Shown: positions 29,298 through 39,647 of the stretch, one piece after another
How positions within the stretch are numbered: the stretch's first letter is position 1
How the letters are laid out: each line of letters starts with the position of its first letter
Notes under the pieces: generated by a model
What the model saw: only the letters and a program-made list of their open reading frames with translations
What the model was told of the DNA's origin: nothing
The model's database searches: none
Position numbers and translations under genes: made by a program
NCBI GenBank assembly: GCA_043799545.1
Contig: JAZDNO010000019.1
Span: 64,001 to 128,000, forward strand
Direction: 5' to 3'
DNA: 64,000 bases
Origin: Methanobacteriota archaeon
GTDB lineage: Archaea > Thermoplasmatota > Thermoplasmata > SG8-5 > DAIRED01

Positions 29298-29990
29298 TTA
29301 CTTTATTCCCCTGTCGTGCGCACCCACGCTCGGCCTGGCCTTCTCCGCGCCCTTGCCCTTTCTGCGGAGGCCGCGGCCCTTCTTTCCGGCGCTGGTCAGT
29401 CCGCGGTTCGCGCGTCCGCTCTGCTCATTGCCGCATATCCAGTTTATCTTCGGGTCCGCCCGTATGACCGGGTGGTCCGGGTCCACCAAGATGACCTCGA
29501 AGTACATGTTCTTCCCGTCCTGGGCGAGCCAGTAAGAGTTGAGAACCTCGAGGTTCGGGTACCTGCGGCCGACGCGCTCCTCGGCGATGCGCTTGAGGCT
29601 CTTGCCCGAAGTGATCTTGTTCAGGCCGCGGCGCTTCGGCTTGCGCCCGCCGATATGCTGGCGCTTCCTCAAAGGCCCGCGCCTGACCCGGCCCCTCACC
29701 ACAACGTATCCCTGTTTGGCCTTGTAGCCGAGGGAGCGCGCCCTGTCCAGGCGGGTCGGGTGCTCGATGCGCACGAACGCCGGCTCGCGGCGCCACGCAA
29801 TCATCCTGTGCCAGTTCAGGTCCTTCACGAACGAGTTGGCGGGGACCTTCCAGGCGTCCTTTATGTGAGAATACATGCTCTTCGCCGGCACGCCAGTGTG
29901 GAGCACAGTTGGCGGGGCCATGACGATTTCCTCTTCTGCCGGCGCTTCCTTCTTCTTCGGTCTGGCCTTCTTGGCCTTGTCTTCTGCCAT
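29298..29990 (-). CDS. rpl15e: 50S ribosomal protein L15e
   Basis: [61 protein letters not shown]; GAGGTGA RBS. Confidence 0.98.
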   Translation of the reverse strand: MAEDKAKKARPKKKEAPAEEEIVMAPPTVLHTGVPAKSMYSHIKDAWKVPANSFVKDLNWHRMIAWRREPAFVRIEHPTRLDRARSLGYKAKQGYVVVRGRVRRGPLRKRQHIGGRKPKRRGLNKITSGKSLKRIAEERVGRRYPNLEVLNSYWLAQDGKNMYFEVILVDPDHPVIRADPKINWICGNEQSGRANRGLTSAGKKGRGLRRKGKGAEKARPSVGAHDRGIK

Positions 29991-30095
29991 GTCAGTTCAC
30001 CTCTGCGACTCTTGCCGCGTTTCCGGGTTCGCCCGAAGGCACATTCCCGCTAGCCCAACGTATGTCGGGCCGAGTGCGGGACTCATCCCGCGACT
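29991..30095 (-). ncRNA. structured 5' leader of rpl15e (eL15-Euryarchaeota-like ribosomal leader)
   Basis: Hairpins GCGGGA-UGAG-UCCCGC (30076-30091), GCCCGAC-AUAC-GUUGGGC (30053-30070) and GCC-UUCG-GGC (30031-30040) inside a CGGG/CCCG stem. TATA TTTTATAT at 30125-30118. Confidence 0.65.
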
Positions 30096-30127
30096 TGAAC
30101 CACCCCAGGCCGAGGGGATATAAAAGC

Positions 30128-31102
30128 TTAGAGGTTTAACAATCCATAGATGATGAATGGGAGTGCAATTGCAAGGATGGCTCCGTAGTAGTTCACCTGC
30201 TTGGAGTAGTCCACCTCTTTCCAGTACTCTTCGTCGATGTATATCACGGTCGTGACGAACAGCGAGGCGGCCAAGAACCCATAGGTCGCAATCATGATTT
30301 TGTCTATCGTCATCAGCATCGGCATCGGTGGCAGCGACGATGTCTGGCTGATGTGGAACATCACGGCGGAGATGAGCATCGACGTGCCGAAGCCGATTCG
30401 GTTGGCTATCTTATCCGGCCTGAACGCGAACGAGAGGCCTGAGACTATGCAGAAGATTATCGGCGGGAGGAGGGTCTTGATGGCTGTCGTGGTCACGGCC
30501 CTGCCGATGCTGATGGAAAATGTGGTGCGCGAGTATGTCTCCCCCCAGTTCTCGTAAACCTTGTCGCTGACGGAGATTGCGACATCGTTCATCTGCCAGC
30601 CGGGGATGTTCAGAGATTCGTCTATCGTCGTGCCATCGGTGTCGGCGACGTACACGAGGTCGTCGACCGTGAGCTTGGAGTCTTCTATCTGGATGACTAT
30701 CTCGAACTCGTTGAACGGGTAGGTCTTGAACTGCGGTTCGTTGTAGAGCGACGCTTGGATGCGATACCAGACCTCGCGCACGCCGTCACTCGTCACGTCC
30801 GAGAGCTTCTGCGTCGAGCTCGCGCGCCCGTTCATGAACTCGTACGATAGCGCGGAGAAGTTCGCATCGCTCGCGTCCCATGCGAGCCACATGTAGAAGT
30901 CTATGGTGTACGTGCCTTTGTTGGCGTCGAAGTTGCCGAAGCCGACGACGTAAATTCCGACGGTCACCTGAGTGGCGCCGGCGGCCTGGCGCGTGGTCGG
31001 GGGCGCTGGTGCGGCCGCGTCCACGGAGCCGAGCGGCACCAGCGACAGGGCCAGGAGCCCGACGAGCGCGAGCGCCGCCATCCTGTAAATCCTCACAGAC
31101 AT
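30128..31102 (-). CDS. prokaryotic pentameric ligand-gated ion channel (Pro-loop; GLIC/ELIC family)
   Basis: Signal peptide, beta-rich ECD (VTVGIYV...YTIDFYMWLAW), YPFN Pro-loop, four TM helices and M2-M3 loop SSLPP. Confidence 0.85.
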   Translation of the reverse strand: MSVRIYRMAALALVGLLALSLVPLGSVDAAAPAPPTTRQAAGATQVTVGIYVVGFGNFDANKGTYTIDFYMWLAWDASDANFSALSYEFMNGRASSTQKLSDVTSDGVREVWYRIQASLYNEPQFKTYPFNEFEIVIQIEDSKLTVDDLVYVADTDGTTIDESLNIPGWQMNDVAISVSDKVYENWGETYSRTTFSISIGRAVTTTAIKTLLPPIIFCIVSGLSFAFRPDKIANRIGFGTSMLISAVMFHISQTSSLPPMPMLMTIDKIMIATYGFLAASLFVTTVIYIDEEYWKEVDYSKQVNYYGAILAIALPFIIYGLLNL

Positions 31103-31153
31103 TTCGATACCTCTGGGCAGGGCTATGCGGAAGGGATAGAAAAGGGTTTAGCC

Positions 31154-32761
31154 TCACATCCTGTAAACGCCGCTCTTCGTTTCCGGGAACGGCGCGTTGA
31201 GCGAGGCGGATATGCCGAGTGCGAGCACCATGCGCGTCTGCGCCGGGTCTATGATGCCGTCGTCCCAGATTCGCGCCGACGAATAGTAAGGCCCGCCCTC
31301 CTTGTCGTACTTCTGCAGGATTGGGTCGGTCAGCTCCCTCTCCTCGTCGGCCGTCAGCTCCCTACCTTTGCGCCACATCTGGTCTTTCTTGACAGTCAGC
31401 AGAACGCCCGCGGCCTGCTTCCCGCCCATGACTGAGATACGAGCATTGGGCCACATCCAGAGCTGCCTCGGTCCGTATGCCCGCCCGCACATGCCGTAGT
31501 TGCCAGCGCCGAAGGAGCCGCCGATTATGACAGTGAACTTCGGAACGGCAGCGTTCGACACCGCGGAGACCATCTTCGCCCCGTCTTTTGCAATCCCACC
31601 GGCCTCGTACTTGCGCCCAATCATGAAGCCGGTGATGTTCTGCAGGAACACCAGTGGAATCTTCCGCTGGCAGCAGAGTTCTATGAAGTGCGTGCCCTTG
31701 AGCGCGCTCTCCGAAAACAGCACGCCGTTGTTCGCCAGAATGCCGACCGGGTAGCCCATGATGTGGGCGAAGCCGGTGACCAGCGTCGTGCCGTACAGCT
31801 CCTTGAACTCGTGGAAGCGCGAGCCGTCGACGACGCGCGCGATTATCTCCCGGACCTCGAAAGGCTGGTGCGAATCCGCCGGGACGATGCCGTAGATGTC
31901 CTCTATGGGGTAAAGCGGCTCGTCTGGCTGCCCGCATTGGATGAACGTCTTTGGTTGGCGGTTCAGATTCTCCATTATGTTCCGCGCGGTGCGGAGCGAC
32001 TCCTCGTCCCCCGTCGCGTAGTGGTCTGATACGCCGCTCTCGCGGCAGTGGACGTCCGCCCCACCCAAGTCCTCGGCCGTGACCTCCTCTCCGGTCGCAG
32101 CCTTTACCAGCGGCGGGCCTCCCAGGAATATCGTGCCGGTTCCCTTGACTATAATTGTTTCATCGGACATCGCTGGAACGTACGCGCCGCCGGCGGTGCA
32201 AGAGCCCATCACGACGGCAATCTGGGGAATACCCCGCGCCGACATGACCGCCTGGTTGTAGAAAATGCGCCCGAAGTGCTCCCTGTCCGGAAAGACCTCG
32301 TCCTGCATCGGCAGGAACGCCCCGCCCGAATCGACCAGATATACGCACGGAAGGTGGTTCTCCAAGGCGATTTCCTGCGCGCGGAGGTGCTTCTTGACGG
32401 TCATCGGGTAATAAGTACCGCCCTTCACGGTCGCGTCGTTGGCGATAATCACGACCTCGCGCCCGTGCACGACCCCGATTCCCGTGACGACTCCGGCCGC
32501 CGGCGCCTCGTTGTCGTACATGTTGTGGGCGGCCAGCGGGCTGAGCTCCATGAACGGCGTCTCTTCGTCGCACAACATCTCGATGCGCTCCCTGGCGAGC
32601 ATCTTCTTGCGCTCCTTGTGCTTCTTGATGTTCTCGGCGCCACCGCCCTCCCTGTTCTTTGCGAGCGCCTCTCTGAGCTGCGTTACCAGCTTCATGTTGT
32701 ACTCGCTGTTTTCCTTGAACTGCGCGCTCTCCTTGTCTATCTTGCTCGGAAGGGCTTCCAT
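31154..32761 (-). CDS. methylcrotonyl-CoA carboxylase beta (carboxyltransferase) subunit
   Basis: [64 protein letters not shown]. Confidence 0.93.
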   Translation of the reverse strand: MEALPSKIDKESAQFKENSEYNMKLVTQLREALAKNREGGGAENIKKHKERKKMLARERIEMLCDEETPFMELSPLAAHNMYDNEAPAAGVVTGIGVVHGREVVIIANDATVKGGTYYPMTVKKHLRAQEIALENHLPCVYLVDSGGAFLPMQDEVFPDREHFGRIFYNQAVMSARGIPQIAVVMGSCTAGGAYVPAMSDETIIVKGTGTIFLGGPPLVKAATGEEVTAEDLGGADVHCRESGVSDHYATGDEESLRTARNIMENLNRQPKTFIQCGQPDEPLYPIEDIYGIVPADSHQPFEVREIIARVVDGSRFHEFKELYGTTLVTGFAHIMGYPVGILANNGVLFSESALKGTHFIELCCQRKIPLVFLQNITGFMIGRKYEAGGIAKDGAKMVSAVSNAAVPKFTVIIGGSFGAGNYGMCGRAYGPRQLWMWPNARISVMGGKQAAGVLLTVKKDQMWRKGRELTADEERELTDPILQKYDKEGGPYYSSARIWDDGIIDPAQTRMVLALGISASLNAPFPETKSGVYRM

Positions 32762-32762
32762 C

Positions 32763-33257
32763 TCATTCGGCCTCCTTGACGTCGACTAGCCTCGCTCCTA
32801 TGTCCACCTGGTCCTTCTCCTTGTGGTAGGACTTGGCCACCTTGCCTTTGAATGGCGATTTTATCTGGTACTCCATCTTCATCGCCTCGATTATCAGAAG
32901 GACCTGGTTCGCCTCGACCACGTCCCCTTCCGTGGCCTTCACCGCGACGACCTTGCCGGAAATCGGCGACTTGATGTCCCCGGAGATCTTGGCGAACTGG
33001 TTGGGGTCCCTTGCCTGCTCCACCCGCTCCAGGCGGAACACTTGGCTGTCGAAGAACACGTGCCGCTGCGTGCCGTCGCGGGCGACGCAGCACTTGTGGA
33101 GAGCGCCGTCGACGTTGAGCTGGAAGAACCCCTGTTTTATCTCTCTCGCCTTTGCGATGTATGTCCTACCCTTGATGGTGACCTCGAAATGGTCCTCTTT
33201 CCTGACGAGCGACACGGAATGGCGCTCGTTCCCGAACTGGTAGAAGAAGTCGACCAT
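32763..33257 (-). CDS. biotin carboxyl carrier subunit (BT-like + biotinyl domain)
   Basis: IKSPISGKV and EAMKM biotinylation site. ATG at 33257 (MVDFFY). Confidence 0.9.
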   Translation of the reverse strand: MVDFFYQFGNERHSVSLVRKEDHFEVTIKGRTYIAKAREIKQGFFQLNVDGALHKCCVARDGTQRHVFFDSQVFRLERVEQARDPNQFAKISGDIKSPISGKVVAVKATEGDVVEANQVLLIIEAMKMEYQIKSPFKGKVAKSYHKEKDQVDIGARLVDVKEAE

Positions 33258-33261
33258 TGTT

Positions 33262-34764
33262 TCAGCCCCCCACGCGCCACTTTCCCGCCGTCTTCCAGGG
33301 CGAGTGCTTGTCGTGAGCCGCGACATCGATGACATCTGCAGCGGTTGCCACCCCCTTCCGCACGGCCTCCTCTATCGCCGCTGCGATGAGAACCTCCGCA
33401 GGCGGCCCGCCCTCCGAAGGGTTCCAGTCCTTGAAATAGCGCTCGATGAAATGGGTGCTCAGGTTGCCCGCCTTGAACTCTGGGTGGTTGATGATTGCCT
33501 TGAGGAAGTTCAGGTTCGTGGCAACGCCGAGGGCTAGATAGTTGGAGAGCGCCCAGTCCATCTTCCTGATTGCGTCGTCGCGGCTCTCGCCCGAGACTAT
33601 GAGCTTCGCCAGCATCGGGTCGTAGTATGGCGTCACGACGCTTCCGGACTCCACGCCTGAATCGTGCCGCACGTTCATCCCGCTCGGCGCCTCGAACCTG
33701 TGTACGGTGCCGGTGGAGGGCATGAACCCCTTCTCCGGGTCCTCGGCGTAGATGCGGCACTCGATTGCGTGGCCGCGCTGGGTTATCTCGCTCTGGGCGA
33801 GAGTAAGCTCCTCGCCCGCGGCGATGCGAATCTGCCATTTCACTATGTCCACTCCTGTTGTCATCTCGGTTATCGCGTGCTCGACCTGGAGACGCGTGTT
33901 CATCTCCAGGAAGTAGAAGTTTCCTCCCGCGAACATGAACTCGCAAGTGCCTGCGTTCGTGTAGCCAGCCGCCTTGGCGGCCATCACGCCCGCCAGCCCC
34001 ATCCTCTCCCTTAGCTTCGGTGTCAGCGCGGGGCTGGGCGTCTCCTCTATGACCTTCTGGTGCCTCCTCTGTATCGAGCACTCGCGCTCGAAGAGGTGGA
34101 GGACGTTCCCCTGGTTGTCCCCGAGTACCTGGATTTCGATGTGGCGCGTCTCGGCGAGGTACTTCTCTATGAACACCGTGTCGTCTCCGAACGCGGATTT
34201 CGCTTCGCGCCTGGCGGTTTCGAGCGCGGTCGCCAGGTCGTTCTCGGTCTCGACGACGTGCATCCCCTTTCCCCCGCCGCCCGCCGCCGCCTTCACGATG
34301 ACCGGATAGCCAATCTTGCCGCACTCGGCAGAGACCTTCGCGAGGTCGCCCATGTCGCCGTTGTATCCGGGGACAATCGGCACCCCGGCGGCATTCATGA
34401 CCTTCTTCGCCTCGACCTTGTTCCCCATCTTGGCGATGACTTCAGACTTCGGACCGATGAATACAATGCCCTCGGCCTCGCACCGCTTGGCGAACTCGGG
34501 ATTCTCCGAGAGGAAGCCGTAGCCGGGGTGTATCGCCTCCGCGCCGGTCTGCTTGGCTGCTGCGATGACCTTGTCGATGTTGAGGTAGCTCTCGGACGGC
34601 GCGGGCGTGCCTATGAGAACCGCCTCGTCGGCGAGCTGCACGTGCGGGGCCTTCGCGTCCACCTCGGAGTAGACGGCCACGGTGGAAATCCCCATCTCCT
34701 GGCACGCCCTTATCACCCGGACGGCTATCTCCGCCCTGTTGGATATCAGTATTTTCTTGAACAT
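33262..34764 (-). CDS. biotin carboxylase subunit
   Basis: KILISNRAEIA, HPGYGFLSEN, KAAAGGGGKGM, ERECSIQRRHQK, FLEMNTRLQVEH, RIYAED, YDPMLAK. Confidence 0.95.
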   Translation of the reverse strand: MFKKILISNRAEIAVRVIRACQEMGISTVAVYSEVDAKAPHVQLADEAVLIGTPAPSESYLNIDKVIAAAKQTGAEAIHPGYGFLSENPEFAKRCEAEGIVFIGPKSEVIAKMGNKVEAKKVMNAAGVPIVPGYNGDMGDLAKVSAECGKIGYPVIVKAAAGGGGKGMHVVETENDLATALETARREAKSAFGDDTVFIEKYLAETRHIEIQVLGDNQGNVLHLFERECSIQRRHQKVIEETPSPALTPKLRERMGLAGVMAAKAAGYTNAGTCEFMFAGGNFYFLEMNTRLQVEHAITEMTTGVDIVKWQIRIAAGEELTLAQSEITQRGHAIECRIYAEDPEKGFMPSTGTVHRFEAPSGMNVRHDSGVESGSVVTPYYDPMLAKLIVSGESRDDAIRKMDWALSNYLALGVATNLNFLKAIINHPEFKAGNLSTHFIERYFKDWNPSEGGPPAEVLIAAAIEEAVRKGVATAADVIDVAAHDKHSPWKTAGKWRVGG

Positions 34765-35553
34765 CTACTTCACGTTCCACGAAGGTTTTCGCTTTTCGAG
34801 AAATGCGGCCATTCCTTCCTGCCCCTCGGGGGTGCCCCTCAGCTCCGCAATCTTCGCGACCGCATGCATCCGTATCTCGTCGGCAGGCATCGATTTGCAC
34901 GCCTCGACGAGCCTCTTCGCCTCCCCAGTCGCCTTCGGCCCCGAGGAGAGGAGCTGGCGCGCCTGCTCCGCCACAACCGAATCGAGGATGTCGTCCGGCA
35001 CGGCCGCGTCCACGAGTCCCAGCCTCGCTGCCGTGCGGGCGTCGAAGCGCTCGCCCGTCATGAACAGGCGCCGCGCAGCCGACGGCCCGATTCTCTCGAC
35101 CACGTATGGAGATATCACGGCCGGGACGAGCCCGAGCTTGACCTCGCTGAAGGCGAAAGCCGCGGATTCAGCGGCTATCGCTATGTCGCAAACCGCCGCC
35201 AGCCCCGCCCCTCCGCCTATCGCCGCGCCATTAATCATGCCTATGACGGGTTTCGGGCAGGAGCGGATGGCCGCGAACATGTCCGAGAGCTCGCGAGCGT
35301 CCTTTGAATTCTCCATCGGTCCATAGCTGGCCATCGACTTCATGTAGTTCAGGTCGGCGCCGGCGCAGAACGATTTTCCGGCGCCTGTGAGAATCAGAAC
35401 GCGGGCTTCGCCGTCCGCTGAGAGCGCCTCGAAAGCCGCGCGCAGCTCGTAGATGAGTTCGCCGTTGAATGCGTTGTGCGCGTCGGGCCGGTTGAGGACT
35501 ATCCTGGCCAGGGCTCCCTCTGGCTCTATTTTCAATAGCGCAAATTGGTGCAT
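34765..35553 (-). CDS. enoyl-CoA hydratase/isomerase, probably methylglutaconyl-CoA hydratase (LiuC-like)
   Basis: NRPDAHNAFN, FCAGADL, AIGGGAGL, FSEVKLGLVPAVISPYV, EGMAAFLEKRKP; clustered with the MCC genes. Confidence 0.85.
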   Translation of the reverse strand: MHQFALLKIEPEGALARIVLNRPDAHNAFNGELIYELRAAFEALSADGEARVLILTGAGKSFCAGADLNYMKSMASYGPMENSKDARELSDMFAAIRSCPKPVIGMINGAAIGGGAGLAAVCDIAIAAESAAFAFSEVKLGLVPAVISPYVVERIGPSAARRLFMTGERFDARTAARLGLVDAAVPDDILDSVVAEQARQLLSSGPKATGEAKRLVEACKSMPADEIRMHAVAKIAELRGTPEGQEGMAAFLEKRKPSWNVK

Positions 35554-35650
35554 CCTTCCCAAGTGAAAAGCTCACCGGATAAATAGGTTTGCCAAGTCCT
35601 TTACGGCAGTTGCCGAACAAGGTGGCGCCTGCCGTTACCTGATGGCCGGG

Positions 35651-36799
35651 TCACTTCTTTCTCTTCAGCCCTTTCACGGCGTTCTCGACTATCGGCATCG
35701 CCTTCTCGATATCCTCCCTGCTCGCCGCGAACGAGAACCTGATGTGCCCTTCTCCGGCCTGGCCGAAGGCGGTTCCGGGCGTGCATATGACCCCCGCCTT
35801 GAGGATGAGCATTGCCAGGTCGTGAGATGTAATATCGAAATCGAAGCCCGGGAACGCGTAGAACGTGCCCTTCGGGGGCGTGCATGCGAAGCCCTCGATG
35901 GTGTTCAGGCTTTTTACAAGCAGGTCGCGCCTGGCCTTGTACTCCTGCCTTCGCTCGTCTATGAACGCCTGCTGGCCCCTCATCCCGGCGAGGGCCGCGT
36001 GCTGCGCGGGAGTCGACGGGCAGGCGACGTCGTAGTAATGGGTCTTCGCCATCTCCGTCATAATCTCACCCGAAGTCACCATGAATCCGACCCTCCATCC
36101 CGTCAGAGAGTAGACTTTGGAGAATGAGTTCACGTAGACCAGCAGGTCGCTGGCCGAGAGGAACGACTCGTGCGGGGCGTCGTAGACTATCGAATCGTAA
36201 ACCTCGTCGGAGATGACGACAACCTTGTAGTCCGCCGCGAGGTCGGCAATCGCCTTCAGGTCGTCCCGCGTGAACACCCCTCCCGTCGGGTTGCCGGGCG
36301 AGTTGACGATTATGGCCTTCGTCCTCGGAGAGACGAGGTCCTTCAGCTCCTCCATGTCGGGCCTGAAATCGTTTTCCTGGCTGAGCTTGTATGGGAAAGG
36401 CTTCGCGCCTGCCATCCTGGCGTGCGGCGCGTACAACACGAAACCCGGGTCGGGGATGATGATCTCGTCGCCCTGGTTGTAGAGGGTCTGAGCGGCCACC
36501 ATCAGAGCCTGCGTGGCTCCGCAGGTTATCATCACGTTCCTCTGCTCCACGTCGGACCTGAAGCGCTTCACGTACTCCACCACAGCGTTCCTCAGCTCGG
36601 GAACGCCCAACGTAGGGCCGTAACCGTTCTTTCCCGACAGAACGGCTTTGCCGAGCGCTTCCGCCACGTGAGGCGGCGGAGGGAAGTCCGGCTCGCCCAG
36701 GCCGAGGTTTATCGCCCCCTTCGGAGCCAATTCGAACATCTTCCGAACCCCCGATACCTGGAGCCCCTCCATGCGCTTGGCGAAAAGGCTGCGCGTCAT
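35651..36799 (-). CDS. PLP-dependent aminotransferase class I/II
   Basis: LGLGEPDF, NSPGNPTG, SDEVY, SFSKVYSLTGWRVG, PGTAFG. ATG 36799 chosen over longer starts. Confidence 0.92.
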   Translation of the reverse strand: MTRSLFAKRMEGLQVSGVRKMFELAPKGAINLGLGEPDFPPPPHVAEALGKAVLSGKNGYGPTLGVPELRNAVVEYVKRFRSDVEQRNVMITCGATQALMVAAQTLYNQGDEIIIPDPGFVLYAPHARMAGAKPFPYKLSQENDFRPDMEELKDLVSPRTKAIIVNSPGNPTGGVFTRDDLKAIADLAADYKVVVISDEVYDSIVYDAPHESFLSASDLLVYVNSFSKVYSLTGWRVGFMVTSGEIMTEMAKTHYYDVACPSTPAQHAALAGMRGQQAFIDERRQEYKARRDLLVKSLNTIEGFACTPPKGTFYAFPGFDFDITSHDLAMLILKAGVICTPGTAFGQAGEGHIRFSFAASREDIEKAMPIVENAVKGLKRKK

Positions 36800-36921
36800 G
36801 GGCGGGGGATTGGGCTCGGAGTTCATAAGGCCTGCGGAGGCAGGGCGCACGGACATCCCGGGGTCTGCCTTAGACAAGTTGATATAGGGAGAAGGGAATT
36901 GTGGAATGGGTGAGGCATAAA

Positions 36922-37278
36922 GTGCGCAGGTCCGATATGGTAGTGGTGTCATCGTACGCCGTGACGTTCATCCTGCTCGGCGTCTGGATGATGGCCGCCG
37001 CTCTCGACTACTTCAGTATTGTCGAGGCTTTCGTACTCTGGCTGGCGTCGGTCGGCGCGGTCATGCTGGCAATCGGCGCTGCGACCGTGCGCTCGTCTCC
37101 CGGGGTCGCCACGCTTCCGATGGGCACCGGGGGCTTCCTCGTGGTCATGGGGTTGGTGTCGTATTTCGTCATGGGCGACAGCCTGAGCCTGATGATGGGG
37201 CTGGCCCTCGTGATCATCATCTGTTCGAGCATGATTCTCATCATATATCTTACTAGATACAGCCTGGAGAAGGAGTGA
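36922..37278 (+). CDS. four-TM membrane protein
   Basis: Four hydrophobic segments; GGTGAGG before GTG 36922; first gene of the SPFH operon. Confidence 0.6.
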   Translation: MRRSDMVVVSSYAVTFILLGVWMMAAALDYFSIVEAFVLWLASVGAVMLAIGAATVRSSPGVATLPMGTGGFLVVMGLVSYFVMGDSLSLMMGLALVIIICSSMILIIYLTRYSLEKE

Positions 37279-37282
37279 AAAG

Positions 37283-37816
37283 ATGGTAGACCTTAGGACG
37301 GAAGTTGCCAACGACCGCGGACTGATAAAGCAGATAGAGATGGCCATACCCGGATTCAGGGGATACAGGAAGCGCGAGGACCTCAGGATTGCCGACAGGC
37401 TGCTGCGCGAGCAGATGGCCAAGCGCCTGAAGGACGCCGCCACCGGGCTGGAGGCCGCCCGACGGGCCATGTCGCGCAGGCAGATGCTCGACTCTCTGGA
37501 GGACATAGGCAGGCTCATAGGGCTCACCAACTCCACCGAATCCCGCATGAGGCACGCCGAGCAGGGCTATACCGGGGTCTCTCCCGATTTTCGAATCGAG
37601 GAGGCGGAGCTCAACCAGATGTACGAGTGGGACCTCTCGCTGCTGAAGTGGCTGGATGAGATGCGCAACGGGTCGGAGAGGCTCCTGGCTGCCGCCGAGA
37701 GCTCGGACATGAGGGAGATGGGCAACCAGCTCAGGCTCTTCGACGCGGCCATGAAGAATTTCGGCCAGACCTGGGACAAGAGGCGAGAGAGGATAGCCGG
37801 CCTGGAGGTGCAGTGA
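37283..37816 (+). CDS. conserved alpha-helical hypothetical protein
   Basis: IEMAIPGFRGYRKREDLRIADRLLRE; helical/coiled-coil composition; TGATG-coupled to the SPFH gene. Confidence 0.7.
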   Translation: MVDLRTEVANDRGLIKQIEMAIPGFRGYRKREDLRIADRLLREQMAKRLKDAATGLEAARRAMSRRQMLDSLEDIGRLIGLTNSTESRMRHAEQGYTGVSPDFRIEEAELNQMYEWDLSLLKWLDEMRNGSERLLAAAESSDMREMGNQLRLFDAAMKNFGQTWDKRRERIAGLEVQ

Positions 37817-38979
37817 TGGTATTCGGAAGGGGGAAGAGCGCGGACGGCGACGTCGCCCGGAACACGTACACCTGGCCCCAGGAGCTCAAGGGCAGCGACG
37901 CGACCGGCTACGCCGTCATGTACAAGCTCCCCACGAACGTCCAGTACAACGACAACATCGTCGTGATGGAGGACGAGTACGCCGTTTTCTTCCGCGACGG
38001 CAAGGCGATGCACGTCTTCGACCAACCGGGCAGGTTCGCGCTCACGACCACGAACGTCCCGATTCTCGGCACGCTCGGAGCCATGATAACCGGAGTACGC
38101 CAGCTCGGCGAAGTCTATTACGTTCAGCGCAGGGAGATGCGCGGCAAGTTCGGCACGCCCGAGCCATTGACGTTCTCCGACAGGGACTTTGGCCTAGTGC
38201 GCCTGCGCGTCTTCGGCAACCTGTCGTTCAAGGTCGTGGACCCTATCGTCTTCATCACGCAGATGGTCGGTACCAACCAGTGGACCACTCCGGAGCCGAT
38301 AGTGGACTGGCTGCGGAGCGAGCTGGTCGTCGCGGTGAACGACGCGATGGGGGAGCTCAAGCGCGACCGCAACATGGCGCTCGTCGACATGCCCGCCTAC
38401 CTTCAGGAAATCCAGCAGATGGTCATAGCCAAGGCGGAGACGAACGTCGCCCGCTTCGGGCTCAAGATAACGACGATAACCGGTCTTACGATAACGCCTC
38501 CAGAGGAAGTCGCCGCGGCGATAGACAAGCGCTCGTCGATGGGCGCGCTCGGCGTGAACTACATGCAGTACCAGACCGGGAAAGCCATCGAGGGCGTGGG
38601 CGAGGGCGCGGCAAAAGGCGGAGACGCCTCCGCGTTCGTAGGGATGGGGGCCGGCTTCGGCGCGGGGGCCGCAATGGGCGGCCAGATGTCCCAGAGCATG
38701 AGCCAGCCCGGCGGTCCGCCCCAGCAGGGCGTTCCCTGCCCGAAGTGCAACACGCTCATCCCAGGCCAGGCGAAGTTCTGCCCCAACTGCGGCGGTCCCT
38801 CGCCGGCGCTGGGGACTCCATGCCCGAAGTGCGGGAAGCCCGTCGCGGCGGGGGCGAAGTTCTGCGCGGAGTGCGGGGCTCCCACGGCCAACGCGAAGGT
38901 GCCGTGCCCGAAGTGCAGCGCGATGGTGCCGGCGAATGGTAAGTTCTGCCCGGAATGCGGCGGCCAGATGGCGGTCTGA
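37816..38979 (+). CDS. SPFH/Band-7 domain protein with C-terminal double zinc ribbons (YdjI-like)
   Basis: IVVMEDEYAVFFRDGK..FDQPGRF.LTTTNVP, KFGTPEP, Gly/Ala/Met linker and CPKC/CPNC/CAEC/CPEC motifs; GGAGGTG RBS. Confidence 0.88.
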   Translation: MVFGRGKSADGDVARNTYTWPQELKGSDATGYAVMYKLPTNVQYNDNIVVMEDEYAVFFRDGKAMHVFDQPGRFALTTTNVPILGTLGAMITGVRQLGEVYYVQRREMRGKFGTPEPLTFSDRDFGLVRLRVFGNLSFKVVDPIVFITQMVGTNQWTTPEPIVDWLRSELVVAVNDAMGELKRDRNMALVDMPAYLQEIQQMVIAKAETNVARFGLKITTITGLTITPPEEVAAAIDKRSSMGALGVNYMQYQTGKAIEGVGEGAAKGGDASAFVGMGAGFGAGAAMGGQMSQSMSQPGGPPQQGVPCPKCNTLIPGQAKFCPNCGGPSPALGTPCPKCGKPVAAGAKFCAECGAPTANAKVPCPKCSAMVPANGKFCPECGGQMAV

Positions 38980-39023
38980 GCGCGTATGGGGTAATGAAAT
39001 GCTCTGTCCATAGGCGCTGATCA

Positions 39024-39647
39024 ATGTCGCATTACGATAGAAAACGCACAAGCGAATTGTTTGATAAAACGCCATCGCTTTCGAATAAATTCCAGAAACA
39101 CATAGGCGATGCTGCATTTGATTGTCTGGAACTCAATGGCGGCGATGTGTTGTTGGACATCGGCACTGGGACCGGCAGATACGCAATAAAGGCGGCAATG
39201 ATTTGCCATCATGTACTCGGAATCGACATCAGCAGAAAATCGTTGGAAATCGCGCGTAAGAATTCTGAACATCTGGCTAATTTCCAATTTGGCTATGGTG
39301 CATTTGAAGAACCATGTGCAGAAATTCGACTCGAGAACTATGGTATAACAAAGATGTTAGCCATCTATTCGCTGCACCATTTATCAGACAATTTAAAGCG
39401 CGCAAGCATACAAAATATCGTGAAATATCTTGGAAGCCCAGGTCGTTTTGTCATCGGCGATTTAATGTTCTTTGAGAAGCCAGATAATCATCAGCAATCA
39501 TTTTCAGAAGTTGCATACGATGGAGGCGAAACGGATTTACCAGCTGAACCCGCGTTTTTACTGAGCTGTTTCGAATCCATGGGCGCGAAATGTGAAATCC
39601 ATAAGGTTCATCCTCTAGCTGGCATATTGGTCGCAGATTTTATTTAA
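39024..39647 (+). CDS. class I SAM-dependent methyltransferase
   Basis: LDIGTGTGRY, GIDIS, YSLHHL and IGDLMF; AT-rich codon usage. Confidence 0.85.
   Translation: MSHYDRKRTSELFDKTPSLSNKFQKHIGDAAFDCLELNGGDVLLDIGTGTGRYAIKAAMICHHVLGIDISRKSLEIARKNSEHLANFQFGYGAFEEPCAEIRLENYGITKMLAIYSLHHLSDNLKRASIQNIVKYLGSPGRFVIGDLMFFEKPDNHQQSFSEVAYDGGETDLPAEPAFLLSCFESMGAKCEIHKVHPLAGILVADFI

Noticed and set aside
34762-34767. TAG-ATG in-frame junction between the LiuC-like hydratase and the biotin carboxylase
   Set aside because: Same reasoning; both proteins are full length on their own, and this is ordinary translational coupling.
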